From contig JAAYBJ010000003.1 of NCBI GenBank assembly GCA_012730105.1, forward strand, positions 98,859 through 162,858: a DNA stretch of 64,000 nt, in the 5' to 3' direction. A program made the translations under genes and the position numbers. Below are positions 52,588 to 61,847 of this stretch, piece by piece; within the stretch, counting starts at the first letter, position 1, and the number at the start of each line of letters is the position of its first letter. Origin of the DNA: Candidatus Hydrogenedentota bacterium. GTDB taxonomy: Bacteria > Hydrogenedentota > Hydrogenedentia > Hydrogenedentales > CAITNO01. A model generated the notes under the pieces. That model did no database searches, was not told the DNA's origin, and was given only the letters and a program-made list of their open reading frames with translations.

Positions 52588-54465
52588 TTATTTCTTGTTC
52601 AGTTCCTTTTCCGCTCGGGCCACGGCGGTGTTCACCGCTTCCCGCTCGGCATCAGTCCGGCATTGCTCCGCTAGCGGCGCCAGCACATCGCGCTGTTTCG
52701 CAGCGTCCGGGTAACTGCGCTGCACGGACGCGATATAATTTTTCAACGCGTCCAAACGCAATGTCTCCTCCTCCAGGCGTTGCCAGAACCCGGCCAGGAG
52801 ATCACCCGCTTCGGGATCCGTCCACCTGCCCAGTGTTTCCAGCAGTTGGACAGCATAGCCGGCGTCGGGCGCTTCGGAGAATAGAACCTGTTCAGCCGCC
52901 GCGCGCGTGACCTCCAGCGCCGCAGGCGTGCCCAGCGCGGCCAGCAGTTTCACCAATCGCATCCGACTTGTCCCATCGGCGCTCGCCAGCGCTTCGCCGG
53001 TCCTGGCCGCAATGCCGTCCTCAGCCTCAAGGCGTTTAGCCAGTGCGGCCAGCGCGTCGCGGGCGGCGTCCGCCTCGGCGTCGCGTTCCTCTTGCAGCAG
53101 GCGCTGATAAAGCAGATCGAAATCGGAAGGCGTTCCTGTCGCTCCCAGGGCGGCACAGGCCGCACGTCGTACGCGTCCGTCCGCGTCCAGCAGAAACGCC
53201 CGTACCGCGTCAATGAAAAGCGGTTGTTCCGCGCGGCGTTCGGCGATAATTTCAAGACAGGCCGTTTTCTGGGCCGGGTCCAGATCCGTTTCATAGCCCG
53301 GCCTGTCATTCAGCGCCGCGGACACGTTTTGTTCCAGGTCCGGTACACGCAACAACGCCGCCTTGACCGCCTGAATTTCCTTCTCAGAATCCGCCCGTTT
53401 CAGGGCGTCCAGGAGCGGCCCGGTCATGTCCGCGCCGGAGTGCCGCGTGACTGCTTCGTAGGCGGCCAGACGCATTTCAACCAGGGGATCCGCGAGCGCG
53501 TCACGGACGGCCTGCACAGCCGCCGGGTCATCACGCCTGCCCAGCATGGCAAGCACGCGCGGGCGCAAAGATTCATTGAATTCGGGCAGTTTATCGGCCC
53601 AAGTCTGTGAAAGTCGTTCTCCCGGCAGACTGTGGGCCAGCAACAAGGCCGCACCACAGAGCAAGGGCTCCGGCGACTCCGCGGCCTGAAGTAGGTCGGG
53701 CAGAGCGTTCTCGCCAGCCACGCTGACAAGCATCTGGAGCGCCATCGCCTTGTACTGGGATTTCACGCCCTCACGAGCCAGTGCGTCACGGCAGAGCGCC
53801 GCCACATGGGCCGCATCCTCAACCGCGGCCGGGTTGGCCAGGTAAGCCAGCAATTCCGCCGACAGCCCGGTCTCCTCCGGGGTAAAATCGGGCAGGCTGT
53901 TGAAGCGCATCAGCGCGTTCTGCACGCTGGCGTCCTTGCCTGGCGCGTCGGGACAGTTGCGCATGAACAGCGGGGCCACGGCATCCAAGCCGCCGATGAC
54001 GGCAATGCTTTGCACGGCGTCATCGCACAGCACGGGATCACACACGTATTTGTCCAGCGCCCCGATCGTGGCGGCATCGCCGCATACGCGCAGCTGGGCC
54101 ATGAAAAAGCGGCGGACATCGGGATGGCCGGCCTTGTCCAAGGCAGCCTCGAAGAGCCGTGCCATCCGCCCGCGCTGTATTTCGCGCCCCGGCACGACGA
54201 CATGCTTCGCCAGGCCGTACAGCGCGAACTGCGCCGCCGCGTCAGGCGCCTGATCCGGCGGAACGATACGGTCGCAGAGCGCGATTACCAGCGCGTCCGG
54301 TTCGTTCAGTAGTTGGGTGAAAACCTCATCTGCCACCGCCGCATTCTCCGGCGGCATAGACTGCAGTGTTTCCTCCAGACTCAGCGCGTGGGCGTCGGGG
54401 ACGCACAACACCCCAAGGATCGCGATGAGGGCACAGGAACAATGAAATGCCGATAAAAACCGCAT
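52588..54465 (-). CDS. Secreted HEAT-repeat protein
   Basis: Signal peptide; repeated L.D....VR.AA..AL helices. Confidence 0.8.
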   Translation of the reverse strand: MRFLSAFHCSCALIAILGVLCVPDAHALSLEETLQSMPPENAAVADEVFTQLLNEPDALVIALCDRIVPPDQAPDAAAQFALYGLAKHVVVPGREIQRGRMARLFEAALDKAGHPDVRRFFMAQLRVCGDAATIGALDKYVCDPVLCDDAVQSIAVIGGLDAVAPLFMRNCPDAPGKDASVQNALMRFNSLPDFTPEETGLSAELLAYLANPAAVEDAAHVAALCRDALAREGVKSQYKAMALQMLVSVAGENALPDLLQAAESPEPLLCGAALLLAHSLPGERLSQTWADKLPEFNESLRPRVLAMLGRRDDPAAVQAVRDALADPLVEMRLAAYEAVTRHSGADMTGPLLDALKRADSEKEIQAVKAALLRVPDLEQNVSAALNDRPGYETDLDPAQKTACLEIIAERRAEQPLFIDAVRAFLLDADGRVRRAACAALGATGTPSDFDLLYQRLLQEERDAEADAARDALAALAKRLEAEDGIAARTGEALASADGTSRMRLVKLLAALGTPAALEVTRAAAEQVLFSEAPDAGYAVQLLETLGRWTDPEAGDLLAGFWQRLEEETLRLDALKNYIASVQRSYPDAAKQRDVLAPLAEQCRTDAEREAVNTAVARAEKELNKK

Positions 54466-54499
54466 GAAAAGGTCTCTCCCGTTATAAACTCGCTTCTGG

Positions 54500-55768
54500 T
54501 TATAGGTGCCACGGCGCGCGCATGGGCTGGTTGATCAGCCGGTTCGCAGCGTCATCGTCGATGAACTGCTCCCGCACCGGGTCGTAACGCAGGTCCCGGC
54601 CGAGCCGCACCGCGATAACGCCCAGGTTTACGAGCGTGCAGGAACGGTGCCCGTTCGCCTCGTTGAGCGGGAATTTCCGGCGCTCCTTGACCGCCTTGTA
54701 GAAGTCAGGCTCCTGGTAGTCGGGTTCGGGCAGGGACGCCAGTATCTTTTCAAAGTTTGGCAGGTCGCTGCGCATACCCTTGTACAGATTGCCTTCGGGA
54801 CCTGAAATATACGGCACATCGCCCGATATCTCCGCGTCCAGAATAATCTTGCAGCCGTCGGCGTAGGTCATCTCAATACGACGCCAGGAACTCGCCGCGT
54901 CCGGGTGCTGCAACGGCGCATCTACGCTTATGGCCACGGGACTGGTGTCGTCCTTTTCAAGCAGGTATTGCACCGGATCGAGATAATGCATGCCCATGTC
55001 ACCCAGACCGCCGCCGTCATAATCCCAATAGCCGCGGAAGGTCCCGTGGACCCGGTGCGTATGGTAAGGCTTGTAGGGGGCAGGACCGAGCCAAAAATCA
55101 TAATCCAGTTCTTCGGGCACGGGCTCCTCCACCAGGTCGGTCCGGCCACTCCATTGAAATTTCCAGTCGAAGCCCGTCACCGGGCCGACAGTCACCGTAA
55201 GCGGCCAGCCGAGCAGCCGGTTCTCCACCACCTTCTTGATGGGCTGCACCGTGGAACCAAACCCGTAGAAATTGTCTCTGAACCGGAACCACGTGTTCAA
55301 CCGGAAGATGGCGCCATGGCGCTGCACAGCCTTGACCACCCGCCTGCCTTCGCCAATGGTGCGGGTCATGGGCTTTTCGCACCAGATGTCCTTGCCCGCC
55401 CGCGCGGCCTCGGCGCTGATGATGCCGTGCCAGTGGGGCGGTGTGGCGATATGTACCACATCCACGTCATCCCGGGCCAGCACTTCGCGGAAGTCCCGGT
55501 GCCCGGTCACGCCCGCTTCCAAGCGTTCCAGCACGCTGTCCAAATGCTTCTGGTCCACGTCGCACACCGCGACGGTACGCGCGCCCGTGTACCCGAGATG
55601 GCCCTGTCCCATGCCGCCCACGCCGATGACGGCGCGCGTGATTTCTTCGCTGGGTGCGGCAAACTGCGCGCCGCCCAGCACGTGGCGGGGCACAATGGAA
55701 AAGGCCGCCGCGGCCGTTCCCGCGGTCTTCAGGAATTCACGGCGCGATGGAGATGCTTTGTGGCGCAT
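54500..55768 (-). CDS. Tat-exported Gfo/Idh/MocA oxidoreductase
   Basis: SRREFLK, IGVGGMG, ATPPHWH, CEKP, WLGPAP, DMGMH..D. Confidence 0.9.
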   Translation of the reverse strand: MRHKASPSRREFLKTAGTAAAAFSIVPRHVLGGAQFAAPSEEITRAVIGVGGMGQGHLGYTGARTVAVCDVDQKHLDSVLERLEAGVTGHRDFREVLARDDVDVVHIATPPHWHGIISAEAARAGKDIWCEKPMTRTIGEGRRVVKAVQRHGAIFRLNTWFRFRDNFYGFGSTVQPIKKVVENRLLGWPLTVTVGPVTGFDWKFQWSGRTDLVEEPVPEELDYDFWLGPAPYKPYHTHRVHGTFRGYWDYDGGGLGDMGMHYLDPVQYLLEKDDTSPVAISVDAPLQHPDAASSWRRIEMTYADGCKIILDAEISGDVPYISGPEGNLYKGMRSDLPNFEKILASLPEPDYQEPDFYKAVKERRKFPLNEANGHRSCTLVNLGVIAVRLGRDLRYDPVREQFIDDDAANRLINQPMRAPWHL

Positions 55769-55833
55769 CGTTGTCCTCCCGTTTAGGATAGGCGGGCCCG
55801 GAGCCCGCGCATGTTCGTGGCTGCGGGGTAGAA

Positions 55834-56019
55834 TCAGGCCTTGGGAGGCTCTTCAGACGATGTTTCCTTGGGATCCTTTTTTTCATCGGTCAGGGCCGAC
55901 TTGAACTCAGAAATGGCCGTGCCCAGGGACTTGCCCACGCCGGCCAGTTTCCCGCCGCCGAACAGGACAAGAACGATTAAAAAAATGATTACCAGTTCTC
56001 CGATACCGGGAGTCCACAT
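55834..56019 (-). CDS. tatA: Twin-arginine translocase TatA
   Basis: G..EL.II..IVLVLFG..KL...GKSLG.AI.EFK; GAGGAG RBS. Confidence 0.93.
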   Translation of the reverse strand: MWTPGIGELVIIFLIVLVLFGGGKLAGVGKSLGTAISEFKSALTDEKKDPKETSSEEPPKA

Positions 56020-56323
56020 AGGTACTTGCTCCTCAAGAAGTTGGGGTTATGTCACGGGCTGTTCCAGACATTCTTTTCCGGACACGGCCGGCGCGATTGT
56101 TTCACTTATAACGTTTGCGGGGTAAAATCGATACACGAATCGTAAACCGTGCCCTACAGTATAGCCTTTTGGCATGGTTTTTACAAGTCAGGCGGGCGGG
56201 CGTCTACGGGAAAGGCTTGTCTCAACGGGCTACGGACCGGTCGCGCTTCTTAATCTGTCCATCCGGCCCATAAAGCCCCTGATTCCCATAAGATGTTACA
56301 CCGGCGGACATTGGACTCCCCCA

Positions 56324-56860
56324 CTATAACAATGGTTTTACAAGTTCGTCCAAAGCGTCCAAGGTAATGGCTCCCTCCCACATTCGGACCAGCCCACCCT
56401 TGCGGTCATAGACCAGTGTCACCGGCAGGGCCCCGCTAATTTCCGCGCGCACGGCACGGGAAACAGCCTCGATGTCGCGCTCCGCCAGCACGCGCACCGC
56501 GAAGGGAATTTTCTTATCTTTCAGGAAGGGCTTGACCGTATTCTCCAAGACATCCGGCGCATCCAGGGAAAGGCCGTAAAGGACCACGTCGTCCGCCCCA
56601 TACCGCTCGTAAAAGGCGGCCAGTTCCGGCATCTCGGCCACACAGGGCGCGCACCACGTCGCCCAGAAATTCAGCACCAGCACGCGGCCCTGGGTCCCTT
56701 CCACCATGGCGGCAATGTCCGCCACGGTCACTGTGCCGACGCTGCCCGGCGCCCAGTCCGACACCGCCGCGTCTTTGCCGGAACCGCAACCGGCGGCGGT
56801 TCCAATAAGAACCACCGCCGTGATAAACGCCCTGCATGCCCTGAGAACCAAGATACTCAT
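56324..56860 (-). CDS. TlpA/ResA-like thiol-disulfide reductase lipoprotein
   Basis: AAGC lipobox; LNFWATWCAPCVAEMP. Confidence 0.9.
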   Translation of the reverse strand: MSILVLRACRAFITAVVLIGTAAGCGSGKDAAVSDWAPGSVGTVTVADIAAMVEGTQGRVLVLNFWATWCAPCVAEMPELAAFYERYGADDVVLYGLSLDAPDVLENTVKPFLKDKKIPFAVRVLAERDIEAVSRAVRAEISGALPVTLVYDRKGGLVRMWEGAITLDALDELVKPLL

Positions 56861-56873
56861 CCGGGATGCCGTC

Positions 56874-57476
56874 CTATTTCCGTTTTATGGAGCAGCCCCA
56901 GGACTTCGCCTCCGCGGGGTCTGCCGCCTTTCCGGCCAGTGCCGCAGCCACCGCATTGTCCACAAAGGAGGTTTTTCCCTTTTGTTCCGGTTGCTCGCGA
57001 TCATCAAAAGCGCCGTGGTATACCAGTTTGCCGTCCTTGCCCACCACGTAGACTTCTGGCGTCGTTTTGGCGCCCAGCACGTCGGCATATTGGTTATCCA
57101 CATCCTTAAGCACGGGGAAAGTAAGACCGGTCTTTCCCGCATAATCCTTGATCTGGTCTGTGGTGGTGGACTTGTGCGAGTCGATCCCGAGGACCACCAC
57201 CCCATCCGGGGCGTACTTTGCGGCCAATTCGACGATATGCGGGTCGGCGCCTCGGGACCAGGGACATTCAATACTGCACATTTCAAGCACGACCACCTTG
57301 CCCGCGTATTGTTTCAGGGTATGGGTGAGGCCCGCCGTGTCTTTCATTTCAAAATCCGGCACAACGCTGCCGATGGCTGGTGCCGCACCGACGGATTCCG
57401 AGGCGCAGCCGCACAGAGGATACACGGCGAGACTTAACGCTAGGACCGTCGTAAACCTCAAGATATTTTTTCTCAT
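56874..57476 (-). CDS. Exported AhpC/TSA-redoxin family protein
   Basis: ECPWS, GAKTTPEVYV, Y.GA.DD, C-terminal GCSIK. Confidence 0.85.
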   Translation of the reverse strand: MRKNILRFTTVLALSLAVYPLCGCASESVGAAPAIGSVVPDFEMKDTAGLTHTLKQYAGKVVVLEMCSIECPWSRGADPHIVELAAKYAPDGVVVLGIDSHKSTTTDQIKDYAGKTGLTFPVLKDVDNQYADVLGAKTTPEVYVVGKDGKLVYHGAFDDREQPEQKGKTSFVDNAVAAALAGKAADPAEAKSWGCSIKRK

Positions 57477-57606
57477 TGGGTGTCCTTTCTCCTCCGGAAT
57501 GTGTGATTCACACACCGCTTTTGCGCGCAAACTGTTACGCGACGTTTCCATGAAGATATAACACTTCGTGATGCCGGACGTATTCCTGGGTCACCTGAAA
57601 GAGGTG

Positions 57607-57960
57607 TCAATGGGCGACGCCCGCGCTTCGAAACATAAAGTAAGCCGCGCCAACCAGGCACAGGCCCGCCCAGAGAAAGTCCAGCCGTAGCGGCTCGCGC
57701 ATGTACACGATGGTGAAGGCGGCAAAAACACTCACGCTGATAACCTCCTGGAGCACCTTGAGCTGGGCCAGGGAAAAGGGACCGTAACCAATGCGGTTGG
57801 CGGGTACCTGCAGGCAATATTCGAAAAAGGCGATGCTCCAACTCGCCAGGATAACAATGAACAGGGCGCGGTTGCGCATGGTCTTCAGATGACCATACCA
57901 CGCGAAGGTCATGAAGAGATTGGATCCTACCAGCAGTAGAATGGTACTGAGTTTGCTCAC
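57607..57960 (-). CDS. DMT-family (DUF486-like) small membrane protein
   Basis: SNLFMTFAWYGHLK, EYCLQVPANRIG, QLKVLQEVI; GTG start with GGAGGT RBS. Confidence 0.88.
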   Translation of the reverse strand: MSKLSTILLLVGSNLFMTFAWYGHLKTMRNRALFIVILASWSIAFFEYCLQVPANRIGYGPFSLAQLKVLQEVISVSVFAAFTIVYMREPLRLDFLWAGLCLVGAAYFMFRSAGVAH

Positions 57961-58072
57961 GGGACCTCCGGAAAGATGCACGCAGGGTGATGGGAAAATA
58001 GGGGCAACCGGCGCATTATAACAGGAAGTATCTGCGGAGTGTGTTTTTCGTTACCGCCGGCGGACTCACGGT

Positions 58073-60463
58073 CTATTCCGTATCGTATCGTTTTCCACCC
58101 TGAAGGAGAGTCTCGCGGTTGCGTGCTTCGATGTCGCGGCGCAGGCGGTATTTTTCCTGGCGCCGCAGGTGTTCCGGCGTGGCGGTAAATCCGGGCATGT
58201 CCGCACGGGGCCGTTCCCGGAGCAGGCGCGCGCCCGCGCGAATAATATCGAGGGCCTCTTCATACTTTCCTGGATCGCCGTCTTTCAGCGCGGCGATGCA
58301 GGGACTGCATTCGGGACGCTCAAAACACACCTGGGGCCCCGCATTCCGGCCATGATCGAACTGCGCCGACAGGGGCGCACCCGTGAGTACTTCAAGCCGC
58401 GCCACCTGCTCCCCGTTCAACGGGCTGCGCCCGGACGGGTGGTCCGGATAGGCGGCGTCATATTCGGGGTAATAGGGTGCGTTCAGATCCATCCAGGTCA
58501 CGACGCGGTCGATGCTTTCTTCATCCATTTGCACATCATAATGGGGCTCCAGAAGCGCGCGGGTCAACCGGGAAGCGCGCGCGCCCCAGGACAGGGCAGG
58601 CTGAATGGCGGCCGGCCCTGCGCCCACCACCTTGATAAAGCCCTTGCGCCACAATTCATTGTAGGACGTGTTGAAGGTCAGGTCCCGGTCGCCCGCAAGG
58701 TTCAGCACCTTCCCCGCCTCCTGCCCGTAGTCGTGGCAGCGAACGCAGTGCTGATCGAATACGGGCTGCACCTCGGCCTGGTAACTAAAGAAGCGGGCCG
58801 CTCCATGCCAGGGCGCCAGACGACTCGGCGGCTGTGTGAGCGCAGCCATGGCCGACGTGCGGGCGGGCGGCGGCGCGGACAAGCGGTCCTCGTGGCACCC
58901 GGTGCAGCCTTGGGTTTCCCCGGGCCGCACGATGGTCCCACTGCGCATGGACTGGACCATCATGCCCTTTTCATCAAGTAGCTGAAAATACACAAAGGTG
59001 TCCGCTGGCGCGGTGAAATAAGCAGAGCCATCCGCTTCCACGGGCACTGTGCCCAGGATGCGCTTGTTGTTAAAATCGTGCCAGGCCATGGCGGGCGCCT
59101 GCTGGCCCTGGCCGTTCCAGGAAGGCTGGGTGAAAGTGCGCTTCTCCGGCGACTCCACCACGCGCAGATACTTGACCGTTCCTCGCGCCACGCCTTCGAG
59201 ATGGGTGCCTTCATAGATATCGGCCACGTAGAAAAGGCCTTCCTTCGCTGCCATGTCCGTGCGGTCCGGCAGTGCCGGAGGCAGCGGCGACGGCGCCAGC
59301 GGCATGGGATCATAGCAGCCGAAGAGGGAATCCGGGCCACCCTCGGCATGGACCAGCAGTTCCCTGTTGGACAGGTCCAGGAGGTAGATGCCCGTTTTCT
59401 CGCCCCGGCTCAGGGTACGCGCGCAGAGAAAGTGCGTCGCGTCGAGCGGGAAAGGATCTTCATACTTGGGCGCCACCTGCGCGAAGGTGTCGATCAGGTA
59501 CTCCCCGGGTTTCGGTTCCGTTACCCGTGTGATGGCGTCGGCCGGCCACGTGCGCAGCACGGAAGGACCGCGCGCTCCGCCCGAGAGCGCGTCCACGCCC
59601 AGGCGCCGGTCGAGCAGCGCCAGCGCGCCCCAGGGCCGGTCATGGCACGATCCGAACACGCATACCACCCGGTCCGTGCCGGGCACGGGTATCGCGTTGA
59701 GCACGGCCCCCGGCGCTGCCGTGTTGTTGCCCCAGTACACGGCGTGATTCGTGCCGTCCGGGTAACAGGTCCAGAGACCCTGGGCATCGCCGAAATTCCG
59801 GTCCACGTATTCCCAGCGGTTGTAGAGAAGGCGTCCGTCCGGAAGCAGCGCAGTCTGGCCCTCGAAGAGGGTGCTCTTGCCGATCTGCCGAATATTCGCG
59901 CCGTCGCCCGTCATGCGGTAGAGGTTGCACATAATGTGGCGGTTGCACATGCAGTATTTCGGCTCCCGGGTGGACGAAAATACGATATCCCCGTCCGGCA
60001 GGTACAATGGGTCAATATCGCTGACGCCCGGCGCAAAGGTCAGCTGCCGCAGGTCGGAACCGTCCGCGTTGATCTCGTACAGGTGGTAGTCGTCTTCGAT
60101 GTTCCTGCGCATGGAAAAGAGAATGCGCGTACCGTCGAAATGAACCGCCGGGTCGCGGATGATACCGTCCGGCGTCTCGAGCAGAACACGCACGGTGGCA
60201 CCGGCCACGTCCAGCGCCTTCAGCGCGCCGCCACCCTCGAAGCTGGCCGTGTTGACTTCCCCCGTCTGAAACATGGTCGCCGTATTGTGGTGATCGGGCT
60301 TGTACTGGCGGCGCGTCACGAACAACAGGGGATGGTCGGCGAGAGTCGGGTAAACTTTCAGCGCCGCTGCGCGCAACGCATCCTGTGGCGCGCCTGCAAG
60401 CGCAACGCACGGCAACAACGACGCCGCAAGGGCACATATAATTCGCATTGCTTTTATTATCAA
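58073..60463 (-). CDS. HzsA-related secreted beta-propeller protein with two CxxCH motifs
   Basis: PD40-like repeats (FDG.RILFSM, DP.YLPDG.IVFSSTR), RWEYVD, K.ILGTVPVE.DGSA.F..P, FQLLDE.GM.VQSMRS, CTGCHE, CVRCH; exact start uncertain. Confidence 0.82.
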   Translation of the reverse strand: MIIKAMRIICALAASLLPCVALAGAPQDALRAAALKVYPTLADHPLLFVTRRQYKPDHHNTATMFQTGEVNTASFEGGGALKALDVAGATVRVLLETPDGIIRDPAVHFDGTRILFSMRRNIEDDYHLYEINADGSDLRQLTFAPGVSDIDPLYLPDGDIVFSSTREPKYCMCNRHIMCNLYRMTGDGANIRQIGKSTLFEGQTALLPDGRLLYNRWEYVDRNFGDAQGLWTCYPDGTNHAVYWGNNTAAPGAVLNAIPVPGTDRVVCVFGSCHDRPWGALALLDRRLGVDALSGGARGPSVLRTWPADAITRVTEPKPGEYLIDTFAQVAPKYEDPFPLDATHFLCARTLSRGEKTGIYLLDLSNRELLVHAEGGPDSLFGCYDPMPLAPSPLPPALPDRTDMAAKEGLFYVADIYEGTHLEGVARGTVKYLRVVESPEKRTFTQPSWNGQGQQAPAMAWHDFNNKRILGTVPVEADGSAYFTAPADTFVYFQLLDEKGMMVQSMRSGTIVRPGETQGCTGCHEDRLSAPPPARTSAMAALTQPPSRLAPWHGAARFFSYQAEVQPVFDQHCVRCHDYGQEAGKVLNLAGDRDLTFNTSYNELWRKGFIKVVGAGPAAIQPALSWGARASRLTRALLEPHYDVQMDEESIDRVVTWMDLNAPYYPEYDAAYPDHPSGRSPLNGEQVARLEVLTGAPLSAQFDHGRNAGPQVCFERPECSPCIAALKDGDPGKYEEALDIIRAGARLLRERPRADMPGFTATPEHLRRQEKYRLRRDIEARNRETLLQGGKRYDTE

Positions 60464-60525
60464 AGGCGCTTCCCTTTATGTTGTTCCAAGGAAAAGTTTC
60501 TGACGCCGTATGATACTACACCTTA

Positions 60526-60599
60526 GTCCAACTCTGTCTGACCCAGTCCGACCTTGTCCGACCTTGTCCGACCCAGTCTGACACCGTCCGGCCCGTCCC
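60526..60599. repeat. Degenerate 10-bp tandem repeat, consensus GTCCGACCYW, about seven copies
   Basis: gtccaactct gtctgaccca gtccgacctt gtccgacctt gtccgaccca gtctgacacc gtccggccc. Confidence 0.85.
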
Positions 60600-60602
60600 C
60601 TT

Positions 60603-61610
60603 TCAAAAAAAGCGGCGCAGCGTGTTCCAGATCGCTTCGGGATTAAGCGAACAGATCAGGGCGAGCTCCACCACGGGCGCGCACCAGCATTGCACGCAGC
60701 CCCGGGGCGGCGGCGTGTTGAGGAACTGGTCGGTCAACGTGCGTTCCGGCCGTCCGTCGGCCTTGAGGAATCGGGCCACCTCGCACTGGTGGCAGGACAG
60801 GAGCGTTCCGTCCGGCTCCACCATAACCATCAGCCGCCCGGCCAGGCAGCGGATGGCGGCATTATCCGGCCAGCGCGTAAGATGGCGCAGACCCGCCCGC
60901 GAATTGGCCACAGGCAGCCCGGCCTTTTTCAGGCGCAGCAGTTCCGCCACGGCCGCCCGGTAGGGTTCCACTGGCGGCGCGAGCGGGTTGGGCGCCGTGG
61001 AGGAATCCAGCCATTGCGTGGCCGGCTGAAACATCATCCACGCGCCCTGTTCCCGGGCCAGGGCAAGGGTCTCTTCGAGGCTATCCAGGTTGTGGCGCGC
61101 CAGTACGCACTGAAACGAAAAGGGCAGCCCGGCCGAACGAGCCGCCTCCGTCGCGCGCAGCGTATCGTCGAAAGCGCCCGCGCCGCGCACCGCGTCATGC
61201 ACCGCGCGCGGGCCGTCGAGACTGAAATTCAGGTTATCCACCTGCCGCAGTGCGTCGAGGTGGTCCGGCACGAAATGGCCGTTGGTGCTTACGAACACCT
61301 GGAAACCCCGCGCCTTGGCATAAGCGATCAGTTCGCCCAGGTCGGGACGCAAAAGCGGCTCCCCGCCGCCGAAGGTGACCCAGCGCCCGCCGAGTCGACG
61401 CAGCTCGTCCAGTCCCGTCTGTATTTCCGCCGTCGTACTTTCCCGGCGCGGTGCATCCGATGCGCCGCAGTAGCCGCAGCGCAGGTTGCAGCGAAATGTG
61501 ACATTCCACGAGACAAACAGCGGTGTGCGGCCGAGGCCCGTCACACCCTTCATAAGGGCGCACACGGAACCGGCGTAGTTGCGGAACTCTTTAAACACAT
61601 GCAGGGCCAT
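60603..61610 (-). CDS. Radical SAM protein with SPASM/twitch-like C-terminus
   Basis: CNLRCGYC, GGGEP, STNG, SLDG...HD.VRG; C-terminal C, CHQC and CVQCWC. Confidence 0.9.
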   Translation of the reverse strand: MALHVFKEFRNYAGSVCALMKGVTGLGRTPLFVSWNVTFRCNLRCGYCGASDAPRRESTTAEIQTGLDELRRLGGRWVTFGGGEPLLRPDLGELIAYAKARGFQVFVSTNGHFVPDHLDALRQVDNLNFSLDGPRAVHDAVRGAGAFDDTLRATEAARSAGLPFSFQCVLARHNLDSLEETLALAREQGAWMMFQPATQWLDSSTAPNPLAPPVEPYRAAVAELLRLKKAGLPVANSRAGLRHLTRWPDNAAIRCLAGRLMVMVEPDGTLLSCHQCEVARFLKADGRPERTLTDQFLNTPPPRGCVQCWCAPVVELALICSLNPEAIWNTLRRFF

Positions 61611-61720
61611 GAGGACAAAATTTTCCTTTTCCGATTTCGGGTTTCTGATCGCGCGATATGGCGGCGTATCGGCAAGTGTACCATACCGGGGAAGACCCCG
61701 GCACGGTGAAAGGCATTCAT

Positions 61721-61847
61721 AACCACGGAATTCACGGAACTACACGGAAAGAAGACAAAAAAACCGTGACTACCTTCTCTTTTTATTTTTTTTGTGTTCT
61801 TTCGTGGTTATCTCTTCTTCCTTCCGCGTTCCGAATTCCGCATTCCC
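61721..61847. repeat. Composite short-repeat element (CACGGAA-type arm, inverted arm, TTCCGNN heptamers)
   Basis: aacCACGGAAttCACGGAActaCACGGAA ... ttcgtggtt, then ttccgcg ttccgaa ttccgca. Confidence 0.65.

Noticed and set aside
58073-60463. Evidence of anammox metabolism
   Set aside because: No hzsB, hzsC or hdh; HzsA-like proteins are widespread in non-anammox bacteria
60526-60599. CRISPR array
   Set aside because: Units are only 10 bp, there are no unique spacers and no cas genes
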